From a virus (taxonomy: Duplodnaviria; Heunggongvirae; Uroviricota; Caudoviricetes), in IMG/VR virus record IMGVR_UViG_3300014204_006419: a stretch of 50,164 nucleotides of DNA. One strand, 5' to 3'. The notes below the pieces were generated by a model. It searched no databases and had not been told where the DNA came from. It saw only the letters and a list, made by a program, of their open reading frames with translations. The translations under genes were made by a program, and so were the position numbers. Of this stretch, positions 46,169 through 50,164 are shown piece by piece. Each line of letters opens with the position of its first letter. The first letter of the stretch is position 1.

Positions 46169-46206
46169 GTTAATTAATTGTTAAGTAATATATAAACCTA
46201 TGCTTT

Positions 46207-46452
46207 CTACTTCTTGTTTACGTCGGATACTACTCTGTGCGGTCTGCTCTTTATCAGCTGTGGTCTACCAGACATTCTATCTGCGAGTATCTCTAGTGTT
46301 TCGTACTTTGCGCACTCTGCGCATATCTTGTCTTCGTAGAATATCTTGCTCTTAGCAGGATACTGCTTTACAAAGTCCTCGCAGAAGCTGCATTCAAATC
46401 CGAATTCAACGGGATGCACATCGTGTTCGTTTATCATAGTATCAGTTCTCAA
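46207..46452 (-). CDS. Small zinc-finger protein
   Basis: CSFC and CAEC. Confidence 0.6.
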   Translation of the reverse strand: MRTDTMINEHDVHPVEFGFECSFCEDFVKQYPAKSKIFYEDKICAECAKYETLEILADRMSGRPQLIKSRPHRVVSDVNKK

Positions 46453-46721
46453 GGTATCTCATTGGTTATCTTCCAGGTTCCATTTACTTTGCACCAACAC
46501 TGCCAGGGATATTCGGTAATAAAATTATCGTCTCTATGAAATTCAGAACTATTTTCGTTTAGCATGCAGGCTTCCTGGCAAGTTCCTCTTATTTCAGAAT
46601 ATCCCATAGGGACTGGTTTTCCATCACGTTCTATGTACATAGCTAGTGCGACAATACATGTTACTAGTCCAAGCACTAACAATATTTCAATGAATTGAGA
46701 TGGTTTCATTTCAATCACCAT
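46449..46721 (-). CDS. Membrane-anchored Cys-containing protein
   Basis: N-terminal TM; CQEAC and CWC. Confidence 0.6.
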   Translation of the reverse strand: MVIEMKPSQFIEILLVLGLVTCIVALAMYIERDGKPVPMGYSEIRGTCQEACMLNENSSEFHRDDNFITEYPWQCWCKVNGTWKITNEIP

Positions 46722-47113
46722 TACCTACTTGCTATCGAGCTTATGCGTATAAATGGGTATCCAACTAACCATAATACAGCTACTGCCAATGCCCATGGAG
46801 TAAACCAAGAATTCGTGTAACTAAGGTACCCTACTAAGAATGGAGCAGCGACTACTCCGATAGCCCAAATCATTTCCGCGTTTATTCCACCGCATAGAAG
46901 ATATATCAGACCTATTGCCCCAAAACCGAAAAATAATACTGTAGACACTAGGGATAGACACTGGAATATGGGCACTAAACGTTCCATATTTAATCCTTGC
47001 GCAATCATACAAAAAAATGTTGAGATTACTGCAAGGAAAAATAGGAGTATCGCTATGGTGATAAATTTGTATACGTGGAGTACAGTTCTATCTTCTTCTG
47101 GTTTTTCAGGCAT
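46721..47113 (-). CDS. Four-TM membrane protein
   Basis: Hydropathy. Confidence 0.7.
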   Translation of the reverse strand: MPEKPEEDRTVLHVYKFITIAILLFFLAVISTFFCMIAQGLNMERLVPIFQCLSLVSTVLFFGFGAIGLIYLLCGGINAEMIWAIGVVAAPFLVGYLSYTNSWFTPWALAVAVLWLVGYPFIRISSIASR

Positions 47114-47235
47114 TAGAGTTCACCGTGTCTTCTCATTCGATTGTCTATTATTTTCTGCTTCATCTTTTGTGCGAACTCAGGGTCTGTCTTTAATCGTTCT
47201 CTCTTTCTTAGCCATTTTGAAACATTTCCCGTCAT
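47113..47235 (-). CDS. 40-aa basic W..DPEF-motif peptide
   Basis: Manual translation MTGNVSKWLRKRERLKTDPEFAQKMKQKIIDNRMRRHGEL. Confidence 0.65.
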   Translation of the reverse strand: MTGNVSKWLRKRERLKTDPEFAQKMKQKIIDNRMRRHGEL

Positions 47236-47237
47236 AT

Positions 47238-47669
47238 TCATTCACTCTTCCAGAATTTTGATTTGTTTAGATACTGCTCTTGTCTAGCTATGTCCCACGG
47301 TTCCATTCTGCTCAGATTTGAAAGTCTGTCTGCGAACTTGATTAGTATTCCGTCCTTTGAATGCAGTCTTGGAAAATAGTATCCATGCTCGTCCTTCTTT
47401 CCGTCATGTGTAACTTCCATCACTAGGTCTGCAACTACATTTCCGAATTCTTTCTGAAGCTCTTCATATGTTGTATCCGTGTCTTCAATTGTGTCGTGGA
47501 GGATTCCTGCACTTAGAACCCGTTCGTCCTGCGTAACTAGTTCTAAGATGTTCAGTACGTGCAGCACATGCGATTTGAAATAATCCTTTCCTGCATCATC
47601 CTTTTGTCCTTCGTGTTTTCGCAACGCAAAGAAGTATGCCTTGTCGGATAACTTTTCGTCCAGTATCAT
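47238..47669 (-). CDS. Stand-alone HD hydrolase, RelA/SpoT hydrolase (Mesh1-like) family
   Basis: HEGQ, SHVLHV, LHDTIEDT and IKFADRLSNL. Confidence 0.85.
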   Translation of the reverse strand: MILDEKLSDKAYFFALRKHEGQKDDAGKDYFKSHVLHVLNILELVTQDERVLSAGILHDTIEDTDTTYEELQKEFGNVVADLVMEVTHDGKKDEHGYYFPRLHSKDGILIKFADRLSNLSRMEPWDIARQEQYLNKSKFWKSE

Positions 47670-48041
47670 TTACTTACCAACTCCGTTTTCAGTGTAATGG
47701 CAACCATAATTAATTATCCCCCGTTCGTAGTACCAATCACTTGAGTTATGTTGACTAGTTTCTTTTGCGCATTTGAGACAACCTTCTGAATATCTAAATG
47801 GTAAATCTGGATAAAACATACGATAACCAGATATTCCGCATTTTCCAACAACGTCCATCCTGATACCGTACTGTTCTGGTCTAAGCTCGTTAGGAATTTC
47901 ATCCGAGTACAGTAGCTTGTCTACCTGTTTTTCATAGGCACTTGAAATCATGGCGTATGGAATACTACCTACTATTATAATCGTAAACACGAGAAATAAT
48001 ACACACCAAAATATATTTGATACACTTGCAACGTTTATCAT
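47670..48041 (-). CDS. Membrane-anchored hypothetical protein
   Basis: N-terminal TM. Confidence 0.6.
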   Translation of the reverse strand: MINVASVSNIFWCVLFLVFTIIIVGSIPYAMISSAYEKQVDKLLYSDEIPNELRPEQYGIRMDVVGKCGISGYRMFYPDLPFRYSEGCLKCAKETSQHNSSDWYYERGIINYGCHYTENGVGK

Positions 48042-48397
48042 TTGCTCATCCCTGCCTTGTCCATTCTTTCATTCATCTCTTTTATCTGATTGCTAATCTC
48101 TTCTAGTTTCGGATGAATGTTTGATAACTGCTGTCCGTAGGTTGCTTCCTTTCTGACCCATCCGCTTGCGTATACCACGAAGATTGCGATTGCACCTATT
48201 GACGCAACTGTTGCAATTGCTAGAAACCAATCTAGATTGAATTTCATGCTCAGTACTGTTGCTAGCGTTGTTGCAGAGATTACTACTGAAACCTTTGCTG
48301 CAGCGAACTGCGCGATTGTAGAGACCTTTATAAATTGCGACCAAAATGTTTCTTGATTCATTGTTTCACCTCGGGTAGATATGGGCATCCATCGCAA
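48038..48397 (-). CDS. Two-TM membrane protein with coiled tail
   Basis: Hydropathy. Confidence 0.6.
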   Translation of the reverse strand: MRWMPISTRGETMNQETFWSQFIKVSTIAQFAAAKVSVVISATTLATVLSMKFNLDWFLAIATVASIGAIAIFVVYASGWVRKEATYGQQLSNIHPKLEEISNQIKEMNERMDKAGMSK

Positions 48398-48705
48398 GCA
48401 TATCCAAGATTGCAGATTGTTTTTTCATCCTTATTGCATATCCCGTTCTTGATGTATTCTGGAAGTTTGGCTTCTTCTAACTTTCTTTCTTTTTCTGCTT
48501 GTGCTGCTCGTTTTTCTTGATAGTCTTTGACTGCTACAAAGTACAACTCCAATGCCAAATCCCATTCTCTAATATATGCCATTCTTGTTTCTTCGTTATC
48601 AGTTATGCTTTCGGCTATCTTGTGTATTTCCTCTGCATAAGTGTAAAGTGCTTCTACCAGTACTCTAGCACGGTCTGGTTCAAATGCTGCATCAAACTTT
48701 CCCAT
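48358..48705 (-). CDS. Hypothetical protein with Cys-rich C-terminus
   Basis: ORF track. Confidence 0.6.
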   Translation of the reverse strand: MGKFDAAFEPDRARVLVEALYTYAEEIHKIAESITDNEETRMAYIREWDLALELYFVAVKDYQEKRAAQAEKERKLEEAKLPEYIKNGICNKDEKTICNLGYACDGCPYLPEVKQ

Positions 48706-48878
48706 ACTATCCCCTTAATCGTAGAACCTGTTTTCCTTCTTTCTCATGAAGTTGTCTACGTCACATTCGTAGTAGTTTGTTTCTCCGTTCGGATAGCAAG
48801 AAACTGTTTGACCCACCATGAATTCGCAGAACTCTTTCCAGCGATTCTTTCCAATCTTCTTGATGACTTCTTTCTCGT

Positions 48879-49520
48879 TCATAGTAAATCACCTTTTCTT
48901 GCTTGTTCTCTTTCTTGCAGACTCATATTTTCAGTTCCGTTCAGAATGCGGTACATCTGGCAGCAAGCGCAGTTGCAGGACTCAATATGAGTTCTGTCAG
49001 ATAGCTGATTCCTTCTTTCTATTGCTCTCTGGATTTTATCTTCTCGTTCCTCTAGTTTGTCTTTTAATTTTCGTTTGACGTTGAACACATCTAATAGTTC
49101 AGATTGCAGATTTGAGTACTCTCGGCACTGTGCTCTTAGCATTCTTTGCATCTTCGCTATTTCTTTTATGTTCTCGGAGTTCTCTCGGTTCATCGCAGCC
49201 AGTACTTCTCTTTGCCTGGCTATCTTTGCTTCTAACTGTCTTATCGTTTCTGTCTTATCGCAGTTCTCGTTTATCTGGTCGTGTATCTCAGATGAATTGA
49301 TATGCTCTTGAGTGTTGTGCTCTATGCCACCGCAGTACTTGCATGTCATCTTGTTCTTCAGTTCTAGGATAGTTTCAGCGAAGTTGACTTTCATTGCGTT
49401 TTCTTTGTTACTGATTTCACGCAATGCTTCGGTGTACATCACTAGATTACCTATTGGGTCTTCTTCAATTGTACTGTATCCCCATTCATCGGTGAATAAT
49501 CTGTATCGTTGCATAGTCAT
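48879..49520 (-). CDS. Coiled-coil protein with CKYCGGxEHNTxEH motif
   Basis: Motif shared with 17219-17848. Confidence 0.7.
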   Translation of the reverse strand: MTMQRYRLFTDEWGYSTIEEDPIGNLVMYTEALREISNKENAMKVNFAETILELKNKMTCKYCGGIEHNTQEHINSSEIHDQINENCDKTETIRQLEAKIARQREVLAAMNRENSENIKEIAKMQRMLRAQCREYSNLQSELLDVFNVKRKLKDKLEEREDKIQRAIERRNQLSDRTHIESCNCACCQMYRILNGTENMSLQEREQARKGDLL

Positions 49521-49526
49521 ATCACA

Positions 49527-50120
49527 TCACCTTTTCTTAATTCTGAACTTAAGTGCATTCATAAATATATAGATTACAAACGCTATTCCTACTACTATGA
49601 TTCCACCTATAGCCATTATGAATACCGTTATGGTTTCTGGAGGAATTACGGTTAGGTAATTAATCACTTCTTTTGTTGCGTATAGAAATGCGTATCCAAG
49701 TAACCCAAGAACTATCCATATTGTAGATAACATAGTTGCGGGGAATACTGCAATCATCTTTCTTTCAAGAGCAAAGCTTAGCTCATTGTCTGTTGGTAGT
49801 GGGTGGTTTTGGTCGGACTTCCAGTAGAAAACTTCTACTAGAACTAATGATAACACCACAAATAATCCGTAGACCCACATTGGGAATATTAGACCCGTTG
49901 CTACCGTGATTATTGTTAGTGTGAATAAAAGTAAAGATGTTCTGAGTATTGTATCATAAGAATTCAGATGTGCTGTTGTGTCCCAGTAGAATTGGTCTAC
50001 GCTATCAGATGTAGCTAAGCGATAACAGTCTTCGCAAATTGGTTCTTTACATAGGTATTCTTTTGCTATTTCACCGTCCTCTTTATAGTCAGTATGGATT
50101 GTTTCTATATCCCTAGACAT
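49527..50120 (-). CDS. Multi-TM membrane protein
   Basis: Hydropathy. Confidence 0.7.
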   Translation of the reverse strand: MSRDIETIHTDYKEDGEIAKEYLCKEPICEDCYRLATSDSVDQFYWDTTAHLNSYDTILRTSLLLFTLTIITVATGLIFPMWVYGLFVVLSLVLVEVFYWKSDQNHPLPTDNELSFALERKMIAVFPATMLSTIWIVLGLLGYAFLYATKEVINYLTVIPPETITVFIMAIGGIIVVGIAFVIYIFMNALKFRIKKR

Positions 50121-50164
50121 TACGGGAATATCTTTTTTATTGCAATACGCACACTGCCCTTCGC

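Noticed and set aside
45925-46173. ORFs 45943-46134 (-) and 45925-46173 (+)
   Set aside because: They coincide with the structured RNAs and are better explained as non-coding.
80-49572. Plus-strand ORFs in the track
   Set aside because: Nearly all are antisense shadows of convincing minus-strand genes and have no RBS or promoter support.

Overview
The window looks like about 50 kb of an archaeal virus or other large archaeal mobile element. Essentially all credible genes lie on the minus strand, are short and densely packed, carry GAGGTGA/GGTGA-type ribosome-binding sites, and sit behind repeated TATA-box promoters. No ribosomal or core housekeeping genes are present, and I recognise no capsid, portal or terminase gene. 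Recognisable genes: a >1392-aa secreted modular glycoprotein (runs off the left edge and is missing from the ORF track), a transglutaminase-like protein, RusA, RmlA and RmlB, a Pol-beta-family nucleotidyltransferase, an MTAP/PNP phosphorylase, an Rnl2-type RNA ligase, an HNH protein, two HExxH zincins, a J-domain protein, a Ro60/TROVE protein and a Mesh1-like HD hydrolase. Main discoveries from reading the DNA: (1) a nuclease-less Nop/IS110-related protein followed by an unannotated array of about 29 units with 36-nt period and two alternating 8-nt repeats, i.e. a TIGR-Tas (TasA-like) RNA-guided system; (2) an operon of about 20 small unrelated proteins, at least 8 of which end in a shared peptide tag of the type (I/L)DxKI(E/D)KLL; (3) two Y-RNA-like ncRNAs, one with a permuted tRNA-like domain, directly upstream of the Ro60 gene; (4) five promoters followed by a covarying leader hairpin with an AUG(A/U) loop, one of them in front of the Tas-like gene. 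All alignments and translations were done by eye; no database searches were run.
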